DNA of 64,000 bases from Mobula hypostoma (lineage: Eukaryota): contig NC_086108.1 of the NCBI RefSeq assembly GCF_963921235.1, forward strand, positions 88,290,001-88,354,000, read 5' to 3'. Positions 1 through 10,577 of the stretch are shown here, piece by piece. Every line of letters starts with the position of its first letter. Positions within the stretch are counted from its first letter, which is position 1. The translations under genes were made by a program, and so were the position numbers. Under the pieces are notes generated by a model that saw only the letters and a list, made by a program, of their open reading frames with translations, did no database searches and was not told where the DNA came from.

Positions 1-520
1 TCATCATGGCTGATCCATTTTTCCTCTCAGCTCCAGTCTCCTGCCTTCCCTCCATGTCCCTTCATGCCCTGACCAATCAAAATTCTATCAACCCCTGCCT
101 TAAATATACATAAAGGTGGCTTCCACAGCTGCCCATGGCAATGAATTCCACAGATTCACCACTCTGGCTAAAGAAATTCCTCCTCATCTCCATTCTAAAA
201 CGACGCCCCTCTATTATGAGGCTGTGTTCTCTGGCCTCATACACTCCCACCATAGGAAACATCCTCTTTACATCCACTCTATTTAACTTTCACCAGTTGA
301 TAGGTTTCAATTAGGTCACCCCTCATTCTTCTAAATTCCAGTGAATAAAGGCCCAGAGCCATTAAATGCTCTTCATAGACAAGGGGACTACAACTGCTCA
401 CAATACTCAGTGTGGTCTGCCTTTTAAAGTGTAAGCATAACATCCTTGCTTTTAAATTCTAGTCCCCTCGAAATGAATACCAACCTTGCATTTACCTTCC
501 TTACCACCGACTCAGCCTGC
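1..520 (-). mobile_element. CR1 LINE 3' fragment
   Basis: Minus ORF 77-277 (MDVKRMFPMVG...FRMEMRRNFFSQ) is the CR1 ORF2 C-terminus and matches the other CR1 copies in this window; boundaries approximate. Confidence 0.85.
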
Positions 521-1861
521 ATGTTAACACAGAACATAGCACCGGCCACAATGTTGAGCCAACCTCTTAACAATCAATCTTGCTCCATAAACTGCAGTTA
601 CACTCAGCCACTTCTCACTGAATCCTGGTTGCCCACATTTATATTTACTCCTCAATAAAAGCTACCCATAAATAATGATGAATTAGTTCTCTGCTTCTCT
701 ACCTGAACAGAATTCCTGGAAGTTCAAACAGCCATTGTCGTGATTAATCGCCTGTTATTTAGTTATGTGTTCATGCAGCAGAGGATGATGGAAATAATAG
801 TATCACTCCCTTGAGAATGCCTGATTCAGTGTCAGAGCTTGAAATGTAAAAGAAAATACACATAGAACCCTATTAATAAAAGACACAAGTATTTAACCTT
901 ATTTAAATCCATACACAAACAAATATGCATTTTCTGCAATTCTAACCCAACGAAGATCATATGTTACAATGATGTTAAATGGCGAGATCACCCAAATAAT
1001 ACATTTGTGGAGTTTTGTTTGGGATGTTGCCACTTGATTTCTTTTCCTAAGTGTTGTTTAGTTTGAAAAATTGGTTTTGATAAGGTTGGGCTGGGGGAGG
1101 GGAGGGAGTGCTGGTATCTATGTGCGAGGGCTGAGTTTAAATGGTGTTATTTTGAATCCAGTAAGAACTATACAAATCCAACATAAATTTGCTTAAGAAT
1201 GAATGTAAGTATTTAAATGCAAGATACTGCAAGTGCTGGAAATCAGAAATAAAAAACTAATGCTGAAAATGTTGAACATACCAGTGAGTGTTTAGTTAGA
1301 GGATCATTAATTACAACCAATAACGTCTGATTCATTTCTGAGATTTTTGAACTCTTTGGGCATTGATGTGAGAATTCTGAAGTTATTAAAACGAATACAT
1401 AAACCCACTATGATTTTATAAAGCAATACAGTAACCGAAAGAACTCGATTCATCTTAAGACAGTTGTGTATTCCCAGTGAAAGACCATCCCTACAGAGAC
1501 ACAATATGATTTTTCTTTTAGCTAAGGCAGATCTTTGCTGCAATGGATGAACTGAAGTGATAGCAACAATAGTCTTGCTCAGACACGACGTGTCAGGAGT
1601 AGATAAGTTACAGTGTGTGTAAAAGAATGGACTGAAAAAGTGCTGGATGAATTGATTTGTTGTATCACAAAAGAGCGGATGGGGAAATTCAGTCATCTGA
1701 AGTTTTTGCATCGGATGCTTTTGTTGGGAAATCAGAAAAACTTCCACACACGTTGAACTAATGTGGCATGTCTGATATTCTTTAATACAATGATGTAATA
1801 TAGCCACTGGAAGATGTAAACCAGGTAGTTAAGATATTCAAAATAAATGGCAGATTATTAA

Positions 1862-1925
1862 GCAACACACATCAAAGTTGCTGGTGAACTCAGCAGGCCA
1901 GGCAGCATCTCTAGGAAGAGGTACA
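1862..1925 (-). mobile_element. 64-nt PLE terminal-repeat micro-insertion
   Basis: Near-identical to the reverse complement of ~47195-47258; perfect 13-bp TSD GGCAGATTATTAA at 1849-1861 and 1926-1938. Confidence 0.85.
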
Positions 1926-2008
1926 GGCAGATTATTAACATGGAAGCAAAATACCACACAGATTGAAAGCCTGAAATAAAAAAGAAAACTAGAAATACTC
2001 AACACCAG

Positions 2009-2111
2009 AGTAACTCACACAAAGTGCTGAAGTGCCGGAGGAACACAGCAGGTCAGGCAGCATCTGTGGAGAGGAAATGAGTCGATGTTTTGGACCAAGA
2101 CCCTTGTTTCT
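2009..2111 (-). mobile_element. PLE terminal-repeat fragment
   Basis: pLTR-like sequence; perfect 15-bp TSD AATACTCAACACCAG at 1994-2008 and 2112-2126. Confidence 0.8.
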
Positions 2112-2163
2112 AATACTCAACACCAGTCTGTAGAGAACGAAGGAAAGTTTAAAATTTCACTTA

Positions 2164-2698
2164 CACAAGAGATTCTGTAGATGCTGGAAATTCAGAGTAA
2201 CACACGCAGAATACTGGAGGAGCTCAACAGGTTCAGGCAGCATCTAAAGAGGGAAATAAGCAGTCGACGTTTCGGGCCAAGAACCTTCATCGTGACTGAA
2301 AAGGAAAAGGAAAGATGCCAGAATAAGAAAGCGGGGGAGGGGACAGAGTACAAGCTGGCAATAGGTGAGACTAGGTAAGGGGGAGATGGTTGGGTGAGGA
2401 AGTGGGGATGAAGTGAGAACCTGGGAGGTGATGGGTGGAAGAGGTATAGGTCTGAAGGAGAAGGAATCTGACAGGAGAGGACAGTGGACATTGGGAGAAA
2501 TGGGAAGGAGTAGGGGCACCAGAGGGAGGTGATTGACAGGTTGAGGAGAGGAGGAGAGGTAAGAGAGGAGACAGAATAGGGAACAGAAAAGGAGAGAAGG
2601 AGGAGTATGGAGAAATTAGCGAAAGGTCTAGGCCTGAAATGCTGACTGCTTATTCCCTTCTGACCTGCAGAGTTCCTCTGGAATTTTGTGCATATTAC
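2164..2698 (-). mobile_element. PLE 3' region with an inverted terminal-repeat arm
   Basis: Minus-strand pLTR with degenerate hammerhead (2261-2298), purine-rich tract, then an inverted pLTR copy at ~2622-2700; flanks TTAAAATTTCACTTA / TTAAAATTTAATTTA (13/15) resemble a TSD. Confidence 0.75.
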
Positions 2699-2923
2699 TT
2701 AAAATTTAATTTATTCTATGACCAGCTATACTTTAGTTCTTTTTGTTTGTAGGTACTGGACTAGTATTATATTAACACTACACTACTTAACCCATGTGAC
2801 AACATGCCCAGTATATTATATGTTTAGGTGTGTTTCTGTGTTCTTGTAACAAGGTGTGTCTTAATCCTATTTGGAGTGAATTCCATTGTTTATCTAATGT
2901 CTCTTGTTACCCTTAATTTTCAG

Positions 2924-3071
2924 GTACATCATTCAACAGGGACACAAGCTGGAGATTGGAGCACCACGTCCTCCTGCTACCCTAACAAATGCGGTGTCCT
3001 GGAGGTCAGATGGTATTAAATACAGAAAGAATGAAGTGTTCATTGATCTGATTGAATCTGTCAACTTACTG
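2924..3071 (+). CDS. ap1m3: AP-1 complex mu1 subunit coding exon (equivalent to AP1M1 exon 5); upstream exons lie outside the window
   Basis: ttttcag|...ctg|gtgagc, 148 nt; YIIQQGHKLEIGAPRPPATLTNAVSWRSDGIKYRKNEVFIDLIESVNLL. The family is certain; the paralog (ap1m3 vs ap1m1/ap1m2) is inferred. Confidence 0.95.
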
Positions 3072-4052
3072 GTGAGCAGCAGTTTCTGCAGCAGTGGGAT
3101 CCCATCAAACCACTTTAAATCTCTACGTAGCTCTTATAGGGAGAGAGGAATTTGCATTAAAACACCTTGACATGAATGTTGCAATGTACTGCCCTCCTTT
3201 GGTGAGAGTTACCATTTATCTGAGATTGTGATGTCCATTTCATTTTAGTAATTGGAGGATGTTAATCCTGTTTGAGTTAAATTCTTGTTAATTCTTGTTA
3301 GTAGACCCATCGTAAGTGCATATGTTAATGACTGAGAAGCTCTATACTCTGTACATGCATAAATACATTCTAAAAATTGAAGTGCTAAGGAATTAGTCCC
3401 TTCAGCCAACATAATTAGCAAACAGGTGGAAACCAAAAAAAACATCATTGAGGCGTTATAAATACATTTTTGGGTTCAGTGACATCGGTCATGCATATAA
3501 AGACCATTACATGAATGGCCTTCAGTCTGTGTCAGCGTATAATACTGATGCAGACAAAAGACCATTCATACAATTGTGCCCATGCCAGTTCTTCAGTAGT
3601 ACTGTCTTTAATTTCACTTTCCAAATTGAATCCACATAGCCTGTATTTATTTCCTCTTTTTTATCCAATCATGTTGGAAAATTTGCCATTGTATGTACTT
3701 CCATAGCATGTTCAGTAATCTATTCCAGCATTCAATTACTCATAAATGCACAAATAAGATGCTACTGCTATTAAGAGTTTCTCCTGACTCAGTGTATCAG
3801 AATTTTCTCTTGTCAGTCAGTGCAAGTCAACTGCTGTCAGAGTTGATTTGTGTTCAATAGCATAACCCAGCATTGTGGCTTTGTGATTTAGACCAAGTAC
3901 TTTTACTTTTCACTCATGTGCTGAGTAAGGCAGAAAAATGTAGGTAGTCAGTGGGTTTGGCAAACGTAAGCAGAGCACATGCAGATCAGCACATAGTGGT
4001 CAATGTGAAGCCTTGGTGAGGTCGCTAGAGGAGGACTCTGTTTAACTCTGTC

Positions 4053-4235
4053 TAACTTTTTGCCAGGTCTGATGAAATATCATAAATTTGAAGTATCAGC
4101 TGTATTCCTTTGTTTCTGTCTCCATGCATACTGCCTCACCTGCTGAGTGTTTCATTAAGTTCATCACTGATGTCAGAAAAAAGCTTAGATATGTAAACAT
4201 GAATAGCCACGGGAAGTCTGATTCACAATTAACAC
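4053..4235 (+). repeat. Direct repeat, copy 1 (partner 6129-6312)
   Basis: ~184 nt with about 15 differences by manual alignment. Confidence 0.9.
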
Positions 4236-4404
4236 TTTTTAGAACTTCTCATTCCTTTCATAAGAAGTGTATGAAATAATAGGAAGGGTGCAGAAGAGGT
4301 TCACAAGGATCGAGGGAGAGTAGAAATGAGCAATAATCTGCTTACAGTCTGGCAGAACTGGAAGTTATTTAAGTATGTGTATATAGGTTTATGTGTGTGA
4401 TTTT

Positions 4405-4912
4405 AGAACATAGAACATTACAACACTTTACAAGCTCTTTAGCCCAAGATGCTGTGCCAACCTTTTAACCTACTCCAAGATCTAAACCTTCTCTCCTACA
4501 AAGCCCTCCATTTTTCTATCATCTATGTGTCTAAGAGTTTAATAAATGTCTTGAATATATATGCTTCTGCCATCACCTTCAGGGAGTTCTATGCACCACC
4601 AAGGCATTCTACTTACCACTACTCTCTGTATGTGAACTTTTCTCTGACTTTCCCCTGAACTTTGCTTCAATCACTTTAAATTGATGCTCTCTTGTATGCG
4701 CCATTTCCACCCTAGGGAGAAGACTCCGGATATCCACTTGATCTATAACTCCTATACACCACCATCAAGTAATCTCTCATCATACTTCACTCTAAAGAGA
4801 AAAGCCCTAGCTTATCCTCATAAGGCAGGCTCTCCAGTTCAGGTAGCATCCCAGTAAATCTCCTCTGTACCATCTCTAAAGCTTCCACATTCGTCCTATA
4901 ATGATGGGGGCC
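4405..4912 (-). mobile_element. Degenerate CR1 LINE 3' fragment
   Basis: Begins with the TAGAACA-type tail and resembles the reverse complement of CR1 3' ends elsewhere in the window. Confidence 0.7.
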
Positions 4913-4917
4913 AGGTC

Positions 4918-5137
4918 ATGTGTATAATCTTGAGTATAGATTTGTGCATTTGTGTGTATGTCCATGTGTTTTTATACTGTATGGATATGTGTCATTAAGT
5001 GTACAGCTTTTGTACGTGAGTGTGTGAGAGAGAGAGTGAGAGTGTGTGCATACGGTTAGATGTGTATAACCCTGTGGGCATGTGTTTGCAGTGTGTCCTA
5101 TTGTACATATATACACACACGTATGTACGTGTATGTG
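4918..5137. repeat. Degenerate (GT)n/(GA)n low-complexity tract
   Basis: Visible dinucleotide-rich sequence. Confidence 0.75.
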
Positions 5138-5208
5138 AATTGCCACAGAATGCTATTGATTTTCTGCGCGCTGGGTGTTGCCTGCTTCATTGTATCCTGT
5201 TTCTCCAG

Positions 5209-5335
5209 GTGAGTGCAAATGGCAATGTCCTGAAAAGTGAAATTGTTGGAAATGTAAAACTGAAGGTTATACTCTCAGGAATGCCAGAACTCCGGCTTGG
5301 ACTCAATGATAAGGTCCTGTTCGAGATCTCTGGAA
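5209..5335 (+). CDS. ap1m3: AP-1 mu1 coding exon (exon 6 equivalent)
   Basis: ctccag|...gaa|gtaagt, 127 nt; VSANGNVLKSEIVGNVKLKVILSGMPELRLGLNDKVLFEISG. Confidence 0.95.
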
Positions 5336-6128
5336 GTAAGTAGAAATGGGCATACTGACAAATGAAATAAGAGCAGGACTAGGTCACATGTTCAGCAAGT
5401 ATCTTAACTACACCTGTTTAAAAAAATATAAGAAAGGCCCTGCTTCCATTGCCCTTTCAAGAAGAGCTCCAAAGACTCATGAACATCTGGGAGAATGAAT
5501 TTTGGCTCACTCCTGTCCTTGGTGTATGTCCACTTATTTCTGAAAAATGATACTTAGTTCTTGATTCTCCCAAAGTAGGAAACATTACCTCAACAATCAC
5601 TCTACAAAAGGTTTCTTATATGTTTCAATTGTCTGTTCACTCTTAAACACACCCCCATTCTAGTTATTAATCTAGAAACCTCTGAACTTAAATAAGACAT
5701 CAGAACTGTACACACTGCTTCAGATGAAGTCTCAGCAATGCCTTATATATCTGAAACACAGCCTCCCTATTTTTTACTTGGTTCCTTTGGTAATAAATAA
5801 TAAAATTCTCTTAGCTTTCCTAATTACCCACTGCATCAGCTTACCTTGAATGAATCATGCACCCAGATGGCTCAGCATTGCGCCATCATTTAGATAAAAT
5901 GCTTCTTCTGCCAAAATTGACAATTTCATGTTTTAAAAAAAATTGCATTCCATTTACCAGAACTTTGGCTCAAAGTCCTTCCACAGAATGACACATATTC
6001 CGACATCAACAGTCATCAAAGAAAACCTGCACAAGGAAATACATTCTAAGAGCAAAAGAAAAAGTCTAGATGCTAGAAATAGAAATAAAAGCAGAAAACT
6101 ATGGAAACAATCCACAAGGGAGGTTTTG

Positions 6129-6312
6129 TAACTTTTTGCCAGGTCTGATGAAATACCATGAATTCGAAGTATCAGCTCTATTCCTTTGTTTCTCTCTCCG
6201 TGGGTACTGCCTCACCTGCTGAGTATTTCATTAAGTTCATCACAGATGTCAGAAAAAAAGCTTAGATGTGTAAACATGAATAGCAACAGGAAATCTGATT
6301 CACAATTAACAC
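6129..6312 (+). repeat. Direct repeat, copy 2 (partner 4053-4235)
   Basis: Manual alignment to 4053-4235. Confidence 0.9.
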
Positions 6313-6817
6313 AATTTTACTTGGAAATAATGTAAATGTAATTTACTTCTGGTGAGGTGATCATAGAATGGAAATGACAATGCAATTTTGAAGCATTTAT
6401 AGGAATGTGACTTCTTAAAACTTCTCTCTCTAAGCTAAGAGCAGCAAATGTTAAGTATAAGACAGATTGGTTTTTGACTTGAAATGAAACCAACGGTCAT
6501 GCGAAACAAGAAGCAAAGTAGAGTTAAGAGCAAATCAGATTGTCCATGATCTTATTGAATTAGAGAGCAGGCTCTGGTTCCCTGCTCTTTGATATGTTTT
6601 TGCATTGGAAAGTTTGCCGGCCTATTACTGAAATACTATGAGTCAGGCAGAGCCAACAATACAACTCAGCACTGAAAGGAGATTAAAGACCACACATGTT
6701 CTAGGAAAAAAATAATTGCAGCTTGTAGGTTCCCAGACACTGACCTTGTGTAATACCATCCTCATTTTCAATGACTGGGACCTTGTCAACCCTTTAGAAA
6801 ATATCACTCCCGAATCA

Positions 6818-7015
6818 ACACGCCCAACATGCTGGAGGAACCCAGCAGTTCGGGCAGCATCCGTGGAAACAATCAGTCAACGTTTCGGGCTGAGACCCTC
6901 GTCCTGAAACGTTGACTGTTCGTTTCTACGGATGCTGCCCGACCCGCTGAGTTCCTCCAGCGTGTTGTGCGTGTTGCTTTGACCCCAGCATCTGCAGAGT
7001 ATTTTGTGTTTACGA
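6818..7015. mobile_element. Fold-back (palindromic) PLE terminal-repeat insertion
   Basis: Inverted arms at ~6816-6889 and ~6903-6976; 15-bp TSD ATCACTCC(C/T)GAATCA at 6803-6817 and 7016-7030. Confidence 0.85.
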
Positions 7016-7104
7016 ATCACTCCTGAATCACCTCATTTTGCAAAGTCTTTTTTGCTCAGCTTCTTCTCTAACTGTTGGCACATTTTATTTTTTGCTTATG
7101 TTAG

Positions 7105-7247
7105 GGGACAAGTCTAAATCTGTGGAACTGGAGGATGTAAAGTTTCATCAGTGTGTGCGTCTATCCCGCTTTGAAAATGATCGAACTATATCCTTCATCC
7201 CTCCAGATGGAGAATTTGAACTCATGTCCTACCGGTTATATACACAG
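7105..7247 (+). CDS. ap1m3: AP-1 mu1 coding exon (exon 7 equivalent)
   Basis: gttag|...cag|gtacgt, 143 nt; (R)[47 protein letters not shown]. Confidence 0.96.
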
Positions 7248-7544
7248 GTACGTAACAGAGTAGCTGTACAGTAAATGTACACTCAGGTATTAGTATACTG
7301 GCAAATGTTACACTAGTCATGAAGTATACTGTACTAAGTCATTGATTCTCTGCACTGAACAAGAGAACATGGTTAATATCAAGTATTCATAAGGCAAAGG
7401 CCCTTTGCTGAACTGTGGATTATTTTCCATACCTCTGGAGCCACCTCTTAGCAGGAATAGAAGCTGATGATGAAATTCACCATTTCTCCCAAACCAACAT
7501 TGTTACCTTTGACCATCTGAGAGAAAAACATTGTTACAATGTTC

Positions 7545-7970
7545 AGGGCAGTAGGAAAGCAGCATCCGTCATCAAAGGTCCCCACCACCCAGGTCATGCT
7601 CTCTTCTCACTGCTGTCATCAGCTAGAAGGTACACAAACCTCAGGACTCGCACTACCAGGTTCAGGAGCAGTTACTACCCTTTAGCGATCAGGTCCTTGA
7701 ACAAAAGGCCTGCCCAATGATCCCACTTTAAGGACTCTTTATTTTGTTATCTCACATTCTCGTTACTTATTACTATTTATTTATATCTGCATGTGCACAG
7801 TTTGTTGTCTTCTGAACGTTACTTGATTTTCATTGTGTCCTGTATCTTGTTATAGTTACTTTTCTATAGATTTGTGGAGCAAGCCCACAGGAAAAATAAT
7901 ATCAGGGTTATATGTGGTGACATTTATGTATGTACCTCGATAATAAAATTTACTTTGAACTTTTAACTTT
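7545..7970 (+). mobile_element. Rex1/Babar-type LINE 3' fragment
   Basis: AASVIKGPHHPGHALFSLLSSARRYTNLRTRTTRFRSSYYP C-terminal motif; AATAAA and ACTTTGA-type tail. Confidence 0.75.
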
Positions 7971-8205
7971 TCTGAGGCATTAATGGGAATCATAGCTTAA
8001 TATGGCATGAAAATAGGCCTTTTGGCCCAACTCATGCATGCTGACCATCGGGCCCACAAAACAAGGCCTATTTGAGGTTTTAAGAGTTTTAAGTTCATCA
8101 AAACATTGAAACATGCAGAGGAATGCGTAGTTTTGTGTCAAATCAACTCAGAGAGGATTGTGCTGGGTAGTCTGCAGATATTGCCACGCCACCATATGCC
8201 CACAA

Positions 8206-8340
8206 ATAAGAGAAAATCTGCAGATGCTGGAAATCCAAGTAACAAACACAAAATGCTGGAGGAACTCAGCAGGCCAGGCAGCATTTCTGGAAAAGAGTAC
8301 AGTCGACATTTCGGGCCAAGACTCATCCTGCTGCAGGATG
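8206..8340 (-). mobile_element. PLE terminal-repeat insertion
   Basis: pLTR sequence; 11-bp TSD TATGCCCACAA at 8195-8205 and 8341-8351. Confidence 0.8.
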
Positions 8341-8351
8341 TATGCCCACAA

Positions 8352-8512
8352 CTCACGAAGCCTAACCATTCATCTTTGGAATGTGGAAAGAAACCCACTC
8401 AATCGCAGGGAGAACGTCTAAACTCCTTAAAGATAACAGCAGGAATTGGACTCTGATCAGTGATCACTGTGCCTGTAAAGCGATGTGCTTACTGCTACAC
8501 CACCGTGCTGCC
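8352..8512 (-). mobile_element. V-SINE-type tRNA SINE fragment
   Basis: Resembles the reverse complement of the SINE at 20888-21160. Confidence 0.6.
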
Positions 8513-8514
8513 CC

Positions 8515-9058
8515 TAATTGCCTGCATGCATCTAAACCTCTCTTGTCCATGTCTTATCAAAATGTCTTTTGAAAGTTGTTACTGTACCTGCTTCAATCCC
8601 TTCCCTTGGCAGCTTGCTTCACATGAGCACTGCCCTTTGCATGAAGATATTGCTCCTTTTAAATCTTTCGCCTCTCTCCTCAAACATATGCCCTCTGGTT
8701 TTATGTTCCCCTTCCCTGAAAAAAAATCACGTGCATTCACCCTATCTATGCCCCTTGTGATTTTATGCATCTCTATAAGATCATCTCTCAGTCTCCAATA
8801 CTCCAAGAAATAACATACTAGTCTGCCCAACATCGCCCGATGACTCAGGATCTCAGGTCTTGTCAGCATCCTCATAAATCTCCACTGCATTCTCTCCATT
8901 TTAATGATCTTTCCTATAAGAAGGCAACACAAGCTGCGTACAATTCTCCAAGTGTGATCTCACCAACATCTTGTAGAATTGTGATAGAACAGCCCAACTC
9001 CTGTACCCAGTGCTTTGACTGACAAAGAACAATGCAACAAATGCCTTCTTCACTATGT
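8515..9058 (-). mobile_element. CR1 LINE 3' fragment
   Basis: Minus ORF 8579-8932: MERMQWRFMRML...LRDDLIEMHKITRGIDRV. Confidence 0.8.
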
Positions 9059-9361
9059 CTTTCCTGCAACAATCATCTCGGGCGTGGCAAGTCCCATCAA
9101 ACCTAGTGGCAGGATAAAGCGGCCAATGCCAGTGACCCGTGCCTGCCCAACATCCCCAACTTCCCCAACTTCAAGCCTCTAATGTGTGGGCCACATTATC
9201 TCTGTGCTAGACATCAGACTCAGAGAAAGATATTGTGTTACTGAGTTTCTTCAAGGCACAGGATTTCTCATATGGCACTTCAAGGATATTCCTAAAGACT
9301 TTTTGAAAATCTCTAACTTATAGGAATCCCTGGACCATAACCAGATAAAATAGAAAAAGAG

Positions 9362-9663
9362 GAAGCTTGTATGGCACATAGCTCCGGGTTTGTTCTCCAA
9401 TTGGTTTTTTTTTCCCTTTTTTAAAAGTTATCAGGGGTTTTCTCTGTTTTAGTTAGTAGGGGTTCTTTTTTTTCTTTCTTTCCTTTTTTCCATAAAAAAA
9501 AGCTTTAATACTTTGTTTTTTGATTATTATTGATATACTGTTCAGCCTGGTCGATAGTTTAATTCTTACTCTATATATGGATATGTTATCTTGATTATTT
9601 TGATGTATTTTTCTCTGTTGTTGATTTTCAATAATAATTAATAAAAAGATTTAAAAAGAAAAG
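9362..9663 (+). mobile_element. L1-like 3' end with poly(A) signal and A-rich tail
   Basis: Perfect 15-bp TSD AAAATAGAAAAAGAG (9347-9361, 9664-9678); T-rich body; AATAAA at 9640-9645. Confidence 0.7.
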
Positions 9664-9734
9664 AAAATAGAAAAAGAGCATCTGAGATAACACCAAGAAT
9701 CCATTTAAAGTTTGTTCCACTAGACCATGTAAAG

Positions 9735-10345
9735 TTCAGCATTCAAAGCTCAAAGTAAATTTATTATCAAATTTCTTGTGGACATCCGTAGTAAATACAA
9801 AGAAACACCACAAATCAAGAGAAAAAATGCACAAAACAAGACGGACAAACAACCAATGTGCAAATGACAAGAAACTGTGCAATAACAAAAAGAAAAATAA
9901 AGCAAATAAAGTGATAATAAAAAATAAATAAATAAATAAATAATCAATAAATATTGAGAGCATGAGATGAAGAATCCCTGAAAGTGAATCCATAGGTTGT
10001 GAGAACAAATTCAGTGTTGGGATGAGTGACGTTGAGTGAGGTTATCCCCTCAGGTCAAGAGCTTGATGGTTGAGAGGTAAAAACTGTTCCTGAACCTAGT
10101 GGCATGGTTCTTGAGACTCCAGTACCTTCTTCCTGATTGCAGCGGCAAGAGGAGAGCATGGCCTGGATGGATGGTGGGGGTCCTCGATGATGGATGCTGC
10201 TTTCCTGCAGCAGCACTCCTTGTAGGTGTGCTCAATGGTGGGGAGGGCTTTACCCATGGATTGGGCTGTATCCAATATTTTTGGTAGGCTTTTCCATTCA
10301 AGGGCATTGTTTTTCCCATACCCTATAACAACACCAGACTGAACA
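9735..10345 (-). mobile_element. Rex1/Babar-type LINE 3' fragment
   Basis: Minus ORFs give LPTIEHTYKECCCRKAASIIEDPHHP and GRRYWSLKNHATRFRNSFY. Confidence 0.8.
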
Positions 10346-10577
10346 CAGAACCCTTCCCTGTTAAGCATCTTCTGCCCAGCTAGATAAGGTTATGGGAAGC
10401 AGTCATCCTTAATGGACTGTGAAGGAGAGAGAGGGAGTAACATTCAGGTTCATTACATGTTCAGAATTAGTACCACAATTGTATACCATGTATTGTATCC
10501 ATAGGTATCCTCTAACTTCCCACTAGTTTTTGTTCGATTATATGTCCTCTGTTTGGGTTTTATGTTGGCTCTTGTTA

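Noticed and set aside
1307..1807. 166-aa minus-strand ORF
   Set aside because: No recognisable domain or splice context, non-ATG start; no upstream AP1M exon found in 1-2923 either.
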